From positions 1-19,152 of the forward strand of contig JBGPIA010000032.1 of assembly GCA_041484665.1 (NCBI GenBank): a stretch of 19,152 nt of DNA, in the 5' to 3' direction. The stretch comes from Candidatus Krumholzibacteriia bacterium (GTDB lineage: Bacteria; Krumholzibacteriota; Krumholzibacteriia; JAJRXK01). The position numbers and the translations under genes are program-made. How positions within the stretch are numbered: the stretch's first letter is position 1; each line of letters opens with the position of its first letter. The notes beneath the pieces are model-generated. The model did not search any database and was not told the origin of the DNA. It saw only the letters and a program-made list of their open reading frames with translations. Shown one piece after another: positions 7,658-15,914 of the stretch.

Positions 7658-9898
7658 ATGCCCCGCAAACCCGCCGCCCCCCGTTCGCCGCGCGCAGGCA
7701 CGACGTCTGGTGGGCGCAACCGCGACCGTGACACGCTCAAAGGTAAGGTCCGCCCCCACGATTCTTTCGAGCTGATCCGCTGGCTCGCCTACAGCCAGCC
7801 CGATCCACGCAAGGCGCTGGCCGAGCTGGTCCAGAACAGCCTCGACGCGCAAGCCGCCCACGTGCGGGTGACGCGCGTCCGCCTGAAGAGCGTCCCCTGC
7901 CTGCGCATCCACGATGACGGTGACGGCGTCATCCCCGAGCTGCCGCGTCCCGAGGCGCTCAAGTACATCGCCACGCACATCGGCCACAGCCGCAAACGGC
8001 ACCTGTCCCCCCAGGAGCGGCTGGAGCTCATGACGCAGGGCCAGTACGGCATCGGCCTGCTGGGCTTCTGGAGCCTGGGCGCGCAGCTTGACATCCGCTC
8101 GGCCGTACCCGGGCAGCGTCCCTACCGGCTGCTCTTGCACCGCGACAGCTCGCGCTACGAGATCGAGCCCTTGCGCGGCCATTTGGGACTCGACGAGCGC
8201 TCGACCGAAGTCGTCGTGTCGGGGCTGAGGCGCGAGGCGCTGGCGGTGCTGGCGGCCGGACGCGCCGCCGACTACCTCGCCGCCGAGCTGCGCGGGCAGC
8301 TCCTGGCGCGCGAGGTCGAGCTTGTGATCGAGGACAAGATCGCGCGCGGCCGCGCGCAGAAGCTGATCCGCGTGCGCCCGCCGCGCTTTCTGGGCGAGCG
8401 CGTCGACTCGCTCACGGCCGTCGCCGTGCCCGGCCACCCTCCCATCCGTCTGGAAATCTACGTCGCCCCAGAGCGCGGCGACGGCGGCGAGCCCCACGCG
8501 CTCGCGGTGTACTGCACGGGGACGCTGGTGGCCGACGACTTCCATGCGCTGGCGGCGCTGGGACTGGACCACTCACCCTGGACCGACACGCGACTGGTCG
8601 GGATGGTCGACTGGCCCGCCTTCAAGGTGGCCCCGGGGAGCAGGCGCGGCGTACTGGCCGACGACGCGGCGGGCGCGTTCTCCCGCGCGCTGCTGACGGC
8701 GGAGCCCGCGCTGCAGGCCGTGCTCGAGACGCTCGAACGCCGGCGCGAGGAGGAGGCGGACCGCCACCTCGTGCGTGACCTCCAGCGGGCCTTCCGCGGG
8801 CTGTACCGGCAACGCCCGCGCTACGCGATGCTCCCGGTGGAATCCCCGGGCGACCGCGGCGCGGCCGCGGCGGGCGACGGCGCGGCGGGTGGCGCGGAAG
8901 GAACGGCGGCGGGCACGGATGCGCCGGCTGGTCCAGACATCACCAGTCCCGAGACGGCAGCGGCCGCTGAGGATGTCGCGACCGGCGACGTGGATGCCGC
9001 GGCCGCGGCCGGCCCGGACGCGCTGGAGAGCGTTGAGGCGGCCGACTCCGCGCAAGGCCAGCTCCTCCCGCCCGGTCCGCTGCACAGCGTACGCATCGCG
9101 CCCGCACGGCTGCGCGTCGAGCGCGGCGGCACGCGGCGCGCGCGGGCCGAGGCGCTGGATGCCTCCGGCCGCGCCATCGAGGAGCCGATTGCGCACGAGT
9201 GGCGGTTGGTGTGCGCAGCGAATGGGCGCGGCGGTGCTGACGAAGCCGATGAAATCGAGCCACTTGGCCGGCTGGAGCCGGTCGAAGGCCGGCCCGACGT
9301 CGTGCTGTTGCATGCTGGAGATATTGCGCGCGACGGCGAGCTACAAGTTGTCGTGCGCAGCGGTGGGCTCGAAGCGTTCGCTGCCATTCCCGTAGAGGTC
9401 GTCGACGAGCTGCATGCGGGCCGCTCGGACGAGGGCATCCCCAAGCCGCAGTTCATCTACGACCCGGGCGCGAGCTGGCGATCGCGGATGGTCGACGCGC
9501 GATGGCAGGTGAACTCGGGGCACCACGAATTCCGTGGGATCGCCGACCGCCCCGCCCTCAAGCTGCGCTACCTCGCCCTGCTCTTCGCCAAGGAGGTCGT
9601 GCTGCGCAGCTACCAGGACCCGCGGTTGGAGAAGCCGCTGGAGCAGCTCGTGGAGGTCATGGCGTTCGCGGACCGCAATCTCGCCGGAAAGGGGGCCAGG
9701 AGCGCGAAGGGAGCCGGAGCCGACAAGGGCGCGCGCGGCCTCCGTAATCCGCGAAGGGTCGCCCCGTCGGCGGAGGCAGGCGCCACGGAGCCCGCCGCAG
9801 AACTCGCCGCGCATCCCGCTGCGGAACCCGCCGCCGATCCCGACACAGAACCCGCAAGGGACCGCGAGGAACGCCACGCTGACGATGCAGCGGGGTGA
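7658..9898 (+). CDS. GHKL (MORC/Hsp90-like) ATPase with low-complexity linker and probable Ig-like domain
   Basis: ALAELVQNSLDA (N-box), IHDDGDGV (G1), GQYGIGL (G2), ERSTEV (T-box); Ala/Asp-rich linker; VRIAPARLRVERGGTRRARAEALDASGRAI (Big_2-like); C-terminal QVNSGH motif. Confidence 0.85.
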   Translation: MPRKPAAPRSPRAGTTSGGRNRDRDTLKGKVRPHDSFELIRWLAYSQPDPRKALAELVQNSLDAQAAHVRVTRVRLKSVPCLRIHDDGDGVIPELPRPEALKYIATHIGHSRKRHLSPQERLELMTQGQYGIGLLGFWSLGAQLDIRSAVPGQRPYRLLLHRDSSRYEIEPLRGHLGLDERSTEVVVSGLRREALAVLAAGRAADYLAAELRGQLLAREVELVIEDKIARGRAQKLIRVRPPRFLGERVDSLTAVAVPGHPPIRLEIYVAPERGDGGEPHALAVYCTGTLVADDFHALAALGLDHSPWTDTRLVGMVDWPAFKVAPGSRRGVLADDAAGAFSRALLTAEPALQAVLETLERRREEEADRHLVRDLQRAFRGLYRQRPRYAMLPVESPGDRGAAAAGDGAAGGAEGTAAGTDAPAGPDITSPETAAAAEDVATGDVDAAAAAGPDALESVEAADSAQGQLLPPGPLHSVRIAPARLRVERGGTRRARAEALDASGRAIEEPIAHEWRLVCAANGRGGADEADEIEPLGRLEPVEGRPDVVLLHAGDIARDGELQVVVRSGGLEAFAAIPVEVVDELHAGRSDEGIPKPQFIYDPGASWRSRMVDARWQVNSGHHEFRGIADRPALKLRYLALLFAKEVVLRSYQDPRLEKPLEQLVEVMAFADRNLAGKGARSAKGAGADKGARGLRNPRRVAPSAEAGATEPAAELAAHPAAEPAADPDTEPARDREERHADDAAG

Positions 9899-10035
9899 CG
9901 CAGGAACGATCATCGAGTTCGTGGATGCTCTCACGGCGGTTGACGCGCCCTGGCTGCACCTGGCCCAAGCGACCTCATCGCGATCGAGCTTCCGACGGCG
10001 CCCCTACATCGGCGTCCGCCAGGCACCGGCGCGGC

Positions 10036-10200
10036 GCGGCGCGGCGCTGGGCATCCGGTGGAGAGTGACCTGGTCAAACCGGCGGAGGTCCGTGCGGCAA
10101 TGACCCACGAGCGGCTCAACGCGATTGGTCGTCGGCGTGATGAACGGCGAGTTTCCGCCCACTCAATGGAGATAGATTCGCAGTCTACTGCTTGTTACCT
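10036..10200 (+). repeat. attI-like module, copy 2
   Basis: Collinear with 3226-3390 (e.g. GAGCGGCT.AACGCGAT.GGTCG.CGGCGTGATG.ACGGCGAGTTTC); ends GAGATAGATTCGCAGTCTACTGCTT-GTTACCT. Confidence 0.78.
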
Positions 10201-10221
10201 GACCTGGAGAGGAGAATCGGT

Positions 10222-10458
10222 ATGGCGATATGGCAGCGAATCGTCGGCCAGATTCTGGTGGCCGTTGGTGCGGTTCTGGCCGCGGGCGGGGTCCTGAGTT
10301 TTTTCTGGACGAATGTCGAGTTGAAGTTCTTCAAGACACCGGTTGCCTCTCCGCAGGCACGAATAACGTGGGTCATCGTCACGTTGGCTGTGGCACTCCT
10401 CGGTCTCTGGCTTGTACGCCGCTCGAGGGCGGCACGGGACCGGCCAACGGTCAGCTGA
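10222..10458 (+). CDS. Small two-TM membrane protein (gene cassette)
   Basis: GAGGAG RBS; two hydrophobic segments; the stop lies inside the downstream attC R''. Confidence 0.75.
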   Translation: MAIWQRIVGQILVAVGAVLAAGGVLSFFWTNVELKFFKTPVASPQARITWVIVTLAVALLGLWLVRRSRAARDRPTVS

Positions 10459-10513
10459 CAAGCGCATGCAGCGAACGGCGCTACGCGCCGCCCCTGATGC
10501 GCAGACGTTCGGC
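10453..10513 (+). other. attC site
   Basis: AGCTGAC AAGCGCATGCAGCGAACGGCGC TAC GCGCCGCCCCTGATGCGC AGAC GTTCGGC, 61 bp, with GCGCAT(G)CAG/CTGATGCGC arms and an extra-helical base. Confidence 0.85.
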
Positions 10514-10535
10514 CACCGACTCAACGAGGTGGATC

Positions 10536-10937
10536 ATGGCCATCAAGATTGAAGGAACCTGCACCCTGCTCGAGGTCTTCGACATGCCGACGTCGGTTGC
10601 GTTCTACCGCGACGTGCTGGCTTTCGAGGTCGTCAAGGCATCGCAGCCTGGAGACGATTTCGATTGGGGGCTGCTCCGGCTCAACGACACGGAGTTGATG
10701 CTCAACACACTGTACGAGAAACACGACCGGCCGCCGGCCCCGGCTCCCGCCCGCGTCGCCGGCCGCGGCGACACCTCGCTCTTCTTCAGTTGTCGGGACT
10801 TGGACGCGGCTTACGCGCACCTCCGCGCGCACGGCATTGACGTGAAGTCCCCGGTCGTTCGTGACTACGGCATGAAGCAGCTGTCGCTCGACGATCCGGA
10901 CGGCGACAATGTCTGCTTTCAGTGGCCAGCGGTTTGA
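10536..10937 (+). CDS. VOC (glyoxalase/bleomycin-resistance) family protein
   Basis: GAGGT RBS; LEVFDMPTSVAFYRDVLAF...DLDAAYAHL...YGMKQLSLDDPDGDNVCFQ. Confidence 0.9.
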   Translation: MAIKIEGTCTLLEVFDMPTSVAFYRDVLAFEVVKASQPGDDFDWGLLRLNDTELMLNTLYEKHDRPPAPAPARVAGRGDTSLFFSCRDLDAAYAHLRAHGIDVKSPVVRDYGMKQLSLDDPDGDNVCFQWPAV

Positions 10938-11030
10938 CAAGGCGCTGCAGCTGGGGACCCACGCGCGGCGCGACGGCGACCCTCGAAGTTCGTCCCGCGT
11001 GGCTCGCAGCTGAACGCCAGGCCGTCAAAG
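10932..11030 (+). other. attC site with non-canonical GAC/GTC cores
   Basis: GTTTGAC AAGGCGCTGCAGCTG...CCACGCG...CGCGTGG...CGCAGCTGAACGCC AGGCC GTCAAAG, a 99-bp imperfect palindrome. Confidence 0.78.
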
Positions 11031-11087
11031 CGGCGCTTGACGTCGCCAGACTGGACGCTCGCCCGTGAGGGCGGGAGGAGGGAACTG

Positions 11088-11339
11088 ATGAGGTTTTCCG
11101 ATCCCACAAAGCGCGAGGCCCGTTGGCGACAACACAGCAGATGTGCGGTGCGTGGCGGGAGCCTCGATTGGCAGGAGGAGTTCGCCCACCATGTCGATCC
11201 TGATGCGCTGGGTGGACCGGATCGCGTGGACAACTGTGTGATCCTGTGCCGGCCCGGCCACGACCGAGTGCACTACGATGGTCGGTTTCGCACCGGCATC
11301 GTCGCACCGCGAAGCTATTTTCGCTACTTGATCGGGTGA
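11088..11339 (+). CDS. Small HNH endonuclease, probably degenerate
   Basis: GGAGGAGG RBS; RCAVRG...AHHVDPDALGGPDRVDNCVILCRPGHDRVH has the HNH pattern, but the second Cys of both expected CxxC pairs is substituted. Confidence 0.7.
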   Translation: MRFSDPTKREARWRQHSRCAVRGGSLDWQEEFAHHVDPDALGGPDRVDNCVILCRPGHDRVHYDGRFRTGIVAPRSYFRYLIG

Positions 11340-11429
11340 TCCTCGGGTCATCCGACGGTACGCGCGTGCTGCCCATGGATCGCGCTCATTGCGCCGATTG
11401 CGTCGGTCGCGACCGTCACGTCGGGCCGA

Positions 11430-12896
11430 TCAGCCCCGCCGCTTGGCCACCGCCTCTGCGAGCCGCTTGCCGTACTCCGCGTCCGCCTTGCGGAAGTGCT
11501 CGATCGAGCGGGCGACGACGTCTTGGAGGCTCACCTGCGCAAGGCCTCCGGCGATGTTGTCGATGAGGCGCTTGCGCGCGTCTTCCCTCATCACGCGGTA
11601 GAGCGCGCCGGCCTGGACAAAGTCGTCGTCCTCGCGATGCTTCACGAGCCCGTGCGGTCCCACAGCGCCCGAGACGTCGTAGCCCAGGTCGTAGGCAGCG
11701 CCGGTCTGGGCGGGACCGTCGTAGCTGTTGGGCTCGTGGTTCTTGGTGCGCCCGCCGTTGTCGTCGAAGCGCATGGCGCCGTCACGGCCGTAGTTCTGGG
11801 CGCCGCCCTCGACTGCACGCGGTGCGTTCACCGGCAGCCGCGTGTGGTTGACGCCGAGCCGGTAGCGGTGTGCGTCGCCGTACGCGAAGAGCCGCGCTTG
11901 CAGCATCGGGTCGGGGGAGGGGCCGATGCCGGGCACGAAGTTCGACGGATCGAACGCTGCCTGCTCCACCTCGGCGAAGTAGTTGTCCGGCACCCGGTCG
12001 AGCACCATTCTACCGATCGGGATGAGCGGGTAGTCCTTGTACGGCCAAACCTTCGTCAGGTCGAAGGGATTGAAGCGGTAACTAGCCGCCGCTTTCTCCG
12101 GCATCGCCTGCACCTTGAGCGTCCACGACGGGAACTCACGGCGGGCGATCGCGTCGTAGAGATCCTTGTGGATCGCGGAGGGGTCCGCACCACCGATGCG
12201 CTCCGCCTCCTCGCTGGTGAGGCACTTGATCCCCTGGTCCGTCTTGAAGTGGAACTTGACCCAGACGCGCTCGCCCTTGGCGTTGACCCACTGGAACGTG
12301 TGCGATCCGAACCCGTCCATCTGGCGGTAGCTGGCCGGGATCCCGCGGTCGCCGAACAGCCAGGTGAACTGGTGCGTGGCCTCGGGCGAGTGCGAGAAGA
12401 AGTCCCAGATGTTGTCGGGCTCCTGGCGGTTGGTGAAGGGGTCGTACTTCTGCGAGTGGATGAAGTCTGGGAACTTGATGCCGTCGCGTATGAAGAAGAT
12501 CGGCGTGTTGTTGCCGACCAGGTCCCAGTTACCGTCCTCGGTGTAGACCTTGATCGCGAAGCCGCGCGGGTCGCGCGCCGTGTCCGCCCCGCCGCGTGAA
12601 GCCGCCACCGTCGAGAACCGGACGAAGAGCGGCGTGCGCTTGCCCGCCTGCGCGAAGACCTTCATCTTCGTCCAGCGCGCCACGTCCGGGCTCGTGACCT
12701 CCAGGTAGCCGTAGGCACCGCTGCCGACGGCGTGGACGATACGCTCGGGAATCCGCTCGCGGTTGAAGCGCGCGAGCTTCTCGATCAGGTGGTGGTCCTG
12801 CAGCAACGTCGGGCCGCCCGCGCCTGCTCTCTGGGAGTGCTGATTGTCGCTCACCGGGGCCCCGGCCTCGGTCGTGAGCTTCCGTCGCTTCGCCAT
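11430..12896 (-). CDS. katA: Monofunctional heme catalase (small subunit)
   Basis: FNRERIPERIVHAVGSGAYG (distal His), DLVGNNTPIFFIRD, RLFAYGDAHRYR (proximal Tyr); GGAAAGG RBS. An alternative ATG lies at 12902. Confidence 0.96.
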   Translation of the reverse strand: MAKRRKLTTEAGAPVSDNQHSQRAGAGGPTLLQDHHLIEKLARFNRERIPERIVHAVGSGAYGYLEVTSPDVARWTKMKVFAQAGKRTPLFVRFSTVAASRGGADTARDPRGFAIKVYTEDGNWDLVGNNTPIFFIRDGIKFPDFIHSQKYDPFTNRQEPDNIWDFFSHSPEATHQFTWLFGDRGIPASYRQMDGFGSHTFQWVNAKGERVWVKFHFKTDQGIKCLTSEEAERIGGADPSAIHKDLYDAIARREFPSWTLKVQAMPEKAAASYRFNPFDLTKVWPYKDYPLIPIGRMVLDRVPDNYFAEVEQAAFDPSNFVPGIGPSPDPMLQARLFAYGDAHRYRLGVNHTRLPVNAPRAVEGGAQNYGRDGAMRFDDNGGRTKNHEPNSYDGPAQTGAAYDLGYDVSGAVGPHGLVKHREDDDFVQAGALYRVMREDARKRLIDNIAGGLAQVSLQDVVARSIEHFRKADAEYGKRLAEAVAKRRG

Positions 12897-13026
12897 GGTC
12901 ATCTGCCTTTCCGGGGGCGGCGCCCCGCGTTCCGCTACCTTGCGGGATTCCTCGGTTGTCCGACTGCTCACGCGTACAGTGTGTGCTGGGGGGGGCTGAT
13001 TGCTCCAAGACATTCTATGGATGGAT

Positions 13027-13047
13027 GTGATAGTTTAGGTCTATCAC
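13027..13047. promoter_or_regulatory. OxyR-type operator (ATAG-N7-CTAT)
   Basis: GTGATAG-TTTAGGT-CTATCAC is a perfect 7-bp palindrome between divergent katA and oxyR. Confidence 0.8.
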
Positions 13048-13065
13048 GAACCTCGGCCCACATCC

Positions 13066-14028
13066 ATGAATCTCGGCCCACATCCCTTTACGCTGCGGCA
13101 GCTCCAGTACGCGGTCGCGGTGGCGGAGTCGCTCAACTTCCGCAAGGCCGCGCAGCGGTGCCACGTCTCCCAGCCAGCACTCAGCACCCAGATCGCGGAG
13201 CTCGAGCGCGTCCTGAGCGTGACGCTCTTCGAGCGCGACCGCAGGCGCGTCCTGGTGACCGCGGTCGGGCGGGGGCTCGTCGAACGAGCGCGGGTTGTCC
13301 TGCGCGAAACGGACGATCTGGCCGAGTCAGCGCGGCAGTCGGGCGATCCGCTCGCCGGAACGCTGCGCATCGGCGTCATCCCGACCATCTCCCCCTATCT
13401 GTTGCCACACATCACGCCGGCGATCCGCGCGGCGCATCCCCACCTCACGCTGCTGTGGGTGGAGGACAAGACGGGCACGCTGGCGCGCAGGGTCGACGCC
13501 GGCACGCTGGATGCGGCGCTGCTCGCGCTCGAGGCGGATCTCGGCGACGTGGAACACGAGGCGATCGCGCGGGACCCGTTCGTCCTGGTGGGCGCAGCGG
13601 GAGAGCCACTCGTGACCCGAGCCGTTTTGGCCAAGCCGTCCGAGCTTCGCGACGTGAGCGTCCTGCTGCTGGATGACGAGCATTGCTTCGGCAAGCAAGC
13701 GTTCGACTTCTGCTCGAACGCAAAGGCGCGCGAGCTGGAGTTCAGGGCCACGAGCCTCTCCACGATCGCGCAGATGGTGGCGGGCGGCGCCGGCGTTACC
13801 TTGCTGCCGGAGCTGTCGGTGGCGACCGAAGTCCGGGGGACGCAGCTGCGCGTGCGCCGGTTCGGCGATCCCGCCCCGGGCCGCACGATCGCGCTGGTGT
13901 GGCGCAAGCGGTTCCCTCTGGCGCCTGCATTGCAGCAGCTGGCGGCCACTATGCGCGCCGCGTACCCTGGCCAGCGGCGGCCGAAGGCGAGCCCGTCGGC
14001 GCGAAAGCGGAGAGCAGGGCGGCGATGA
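13066..14028 (+). CDS. oxyR: OxyR-like LysR regulator
   Basis: LysR HTH (TLRQLQY...VSQPALSTQI); LLLDDEHCF...FC redox cysteine pair 9 residues apart; ATSLSTI.QMVA.G.G.TLLP; divergent from catalase. Confidence 0.9.
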   Translation: MNLGPHPFTLRQLQYAVAVAESLNFRKAAQRCHVSQPALSTQIAELERVLSVTLFERDRRRVLVTAVGRGLVERARVVLRETDDLAESARQSGDPLAGTLRIGVIPTISPYLLPHITPAIRAAHPHLTLLWVEDKTGTLARRVDAGTLDAALLALEADLGDVEHEAIARDPFVLVGAAGEPLVTRAVLAKPSELRDVSVLLLDDEHCFGKQAFDFCSNAKARELEFRATSLSTIAQMVAGGAGVTLLPELSVATEVRGTQLRVRRFGDPAPGRTIALVWRKRFPLAPALQQLAATMRAAYPGQRRPKASPSARKRRAGRR

Positions 14029-14315
14029 TCTATGTATTGTGGGGCCTCGGCATACTCGCTGGCCTCTACTGCCTCCACCGGGCCGCGCTGTGGGCCGAGC
14101 GACGTGGCTGGATCTACTACCGCAAGGCGGGCAGTAGCGGGGCCATCGGGAACGCGTTTCTGGAGATCCAAGCGACCTTCGACCCAGCGGCTCGCCACGT
14201 TCAGGAAGAACGAGAGAGAGCTCACTCGCAAACGCAGGAGTCCGGAGACCCGCCCGTGCCTGGGCCACAATCCACGACGCCGGAGGACCCCACTCAGCGG
14301 CAAACTCGGGGTTGA
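14025..14315 (+). CDS. Small membrane-anchored hypothetical protein (96 aa)
   Basis: ATGA overlap with the oxyR stop; N-terminal TM helix, then LWAERRGWIYYR...GDPP. Confidence 0.7.
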   Translation: MIYVLWGLGILAGLYCLHRAALWAERRGWIYYRKAGSSGAIGNAFLEIQATFDPAARHVQEERERAHSQTQESGDPPVPGPQSTTPEDPTQRQTRG

Positions 14316-14360
14316 GGGCGGCCTCGCTGCCGACGCATCGGTTGGCCGACTCTGCCACCT

Positions 14361-14476
14361 GCCTACAGTGGCTGAGCGCGGCCGGCCTCGCCGAGAGAGA
14401 GGTGCACGACGAGCAGTTGGGCTACCATCTGCACCCCCCCGAGGCGAGTTGGGCCGAGTGAGCCTCGGGGTCTGGC
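14361..14476 (+). other. Eroded attC-like palindrome
   Basis: GCCTAC...GGCTGAGCGCGGCC...CTCGCC...GGTGCA / TGCACC...GGCGAG...GGCCGAGTGAGCC...GTCTGGC form nested inverted arms; both cores are non-canonical. Confidence 0.4.
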
Positions 14477-14526
14477 AGCACGCGACACAGTGGAACTCTT
14501 CCCCGATCCCCCACGGTGATACCAGG

Positions 14527-14991
14527 ATGGCGAACGGCGAGAAGATCCACCCCGGATCCGCGGAAAGGACAGTGCCTCTGCGGGTGACGCTCCGGGAGCC
14601 TCCAGCGGGCGTGACATGGGCCCTCCAGATCGGACGCGATGAGCTCGCGCCTCCCGCCAAGACGACGCGCAAGAGTATTATTTTCGATGTCGTCGTTCGG
14701 GTCGCGGGGACCGTCTCGGGCGGAGCGCCGCAGTGTCTGGGCCCTGCCGTCCCGGGGCCGCCGACGTCTCGCTTCCTGTACCTGAACTCCGGTCTGCGGG
14801 CGGGCCAGGTGAGCTCCGGCTGGGACCGTCGGGCCAAGGTGCCGCTCGTCGGCATCAGCTGGGCCCTCATCGAGGCCGTGGCTGCCAAGCGCGGAGCCGT
14901 GCTCGTCGCGGAGGTGGCCGGCACGGCGCGGGATGGCGGGCCGGCGTGCGCTTCCGTGCCGCTTCTCGGGAGTGGCTGGCGGATCGCCTGA
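14527..14991 (+). CDS. DUF5990-like protein
   Basis: LRVTLREPPAGV.WALQ.G...GPPTSRFLYLNSG..AGQ..S.WDRRAKVPL...GTARDGGPACASV; family recalled from motif. Confidence 0.7.
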   Translation: MANGEKIHPGSAERTVPLRVTLREPPAGVTWALQIGRDELAPPAKTTRKSIIFDVVVRVAGTVSGGAPQCLGPAVPGPPTSRFLYLNSGLRAGQVSSGWDRRAKVPLVGISWALIEAVAAKRGAVLVAEVAGTARDGGPACASVPLLGSGWRIA

Positions 14992-15043
14992 AGCGCCGCC
15001 CGGTGCGCCCGCGGTCAAGAGCACCTATGCAGGAGGAAACACG

Positions 15044-15607
15044 GTGGCCAGCAGGCAAGTCGCACTGATCCGCGGCATCAACGTCGGGCGCGCCAAGCGA
15101 ATCGCGATGGCGGATCTGCGAGCCCTCGTCGAGAAACTGGGCTACGGCGACGTGCGCACACTTCTCAACAGCGGCAACGTGGTTTTTACCGTCTCTGCCG
15201 CCACGGGCCGCAGCGATGGGGCCCCGGGCAAGTCCGGCGCCCGTATCGAGGAAGCGATCCGCACGAAGCTTGGCGTTTCAGCTCGGGTCACGGTGCTCAG
15301 CGCGGCAGAGCTCGCGGTTGCCGTGGCCGAGAACCCGCTGCTGGAAGTGGCCGACAACCCGTCTCGCCTGATGGTCGCGTTCCTCGCCGACCCGGCCGAT
15401 CGGCAACGATTGAAGCCGCTGTCGGGAAAGGACTGGCACCCCGAGGTTCTGGCCATCGGCAAGCGGGTGGCCTATTTGTGGTGCCCGAACGGGATGCTCG
15501 AGAGCCCGCTGTCCGAGGCCGTTGGCCGGCTGCTGGGCGCTGCCGTGACCACCCGCAACTGGGCGACCGTGACGAAGCTGCACGCGCTCGCTGGGGAGAA
15601 GCCGTGA
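15044..15607 (+). CDS. DUF1697 family protein
   Basis: AGGAGG RBS; VALIRGINVG...MADLR...V.TLLNSGNVVF...TTRNWATV. Confidence 0.88.
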   Translation: MASRQVALIRGINVGRAKRIAMADLRALVEKLGYGDVRTLLNSGNVVFTVSAATGRSDGAPGKSGARIEEAIRTKLGVSARVTVLSAAELAVAVAENPLLEVADNPSRLMVAFLADPADRQRLKPLSGKDWHPEVLAIGKRVAYLWCPNGMLESPLSEAVGRLLGAAVTTRNWATVTKLHALAGEKP

Positions 15608-15914
15608 TCGCGCAGCTGCTCCAGTCCAATCGCTGCGGTACGTGGCAGACCCACTTTTCGCCCCCCGACTTTCATACCAAGGTTCGCAGAAACGTCAGAG
15701 CCGGCGGCCCGCGCGGCTGCGCGACCCGGCCACGCAACTCAGCACTCCCGGTCTCGGGAGGGCTGCCTCCCCAGACTACGGCATGGACACGCCTTGGCCT
15801 CTTGAGACCTCGGGGATAGACTCCAGCCGCCGATCGCTCGAGCAAGATTGGATTCGTGGGCCGCCATTCGTCGGGTGTCGGGCCAGGCACGCGATGCGAG
15901 GGGAACGATTCGTT

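Noticed and set aside
9900..10035. Possible third intI remnant before attI-like copy 2
   Set aside because: Only a weak GVRQAPA resemblance to GVRSP; insufficient to call.
10027..10047. (CGGCG)n short tandem repeat
   Set aside because: Short GC microsatellite at the edge of the repeat; no functional evidence.
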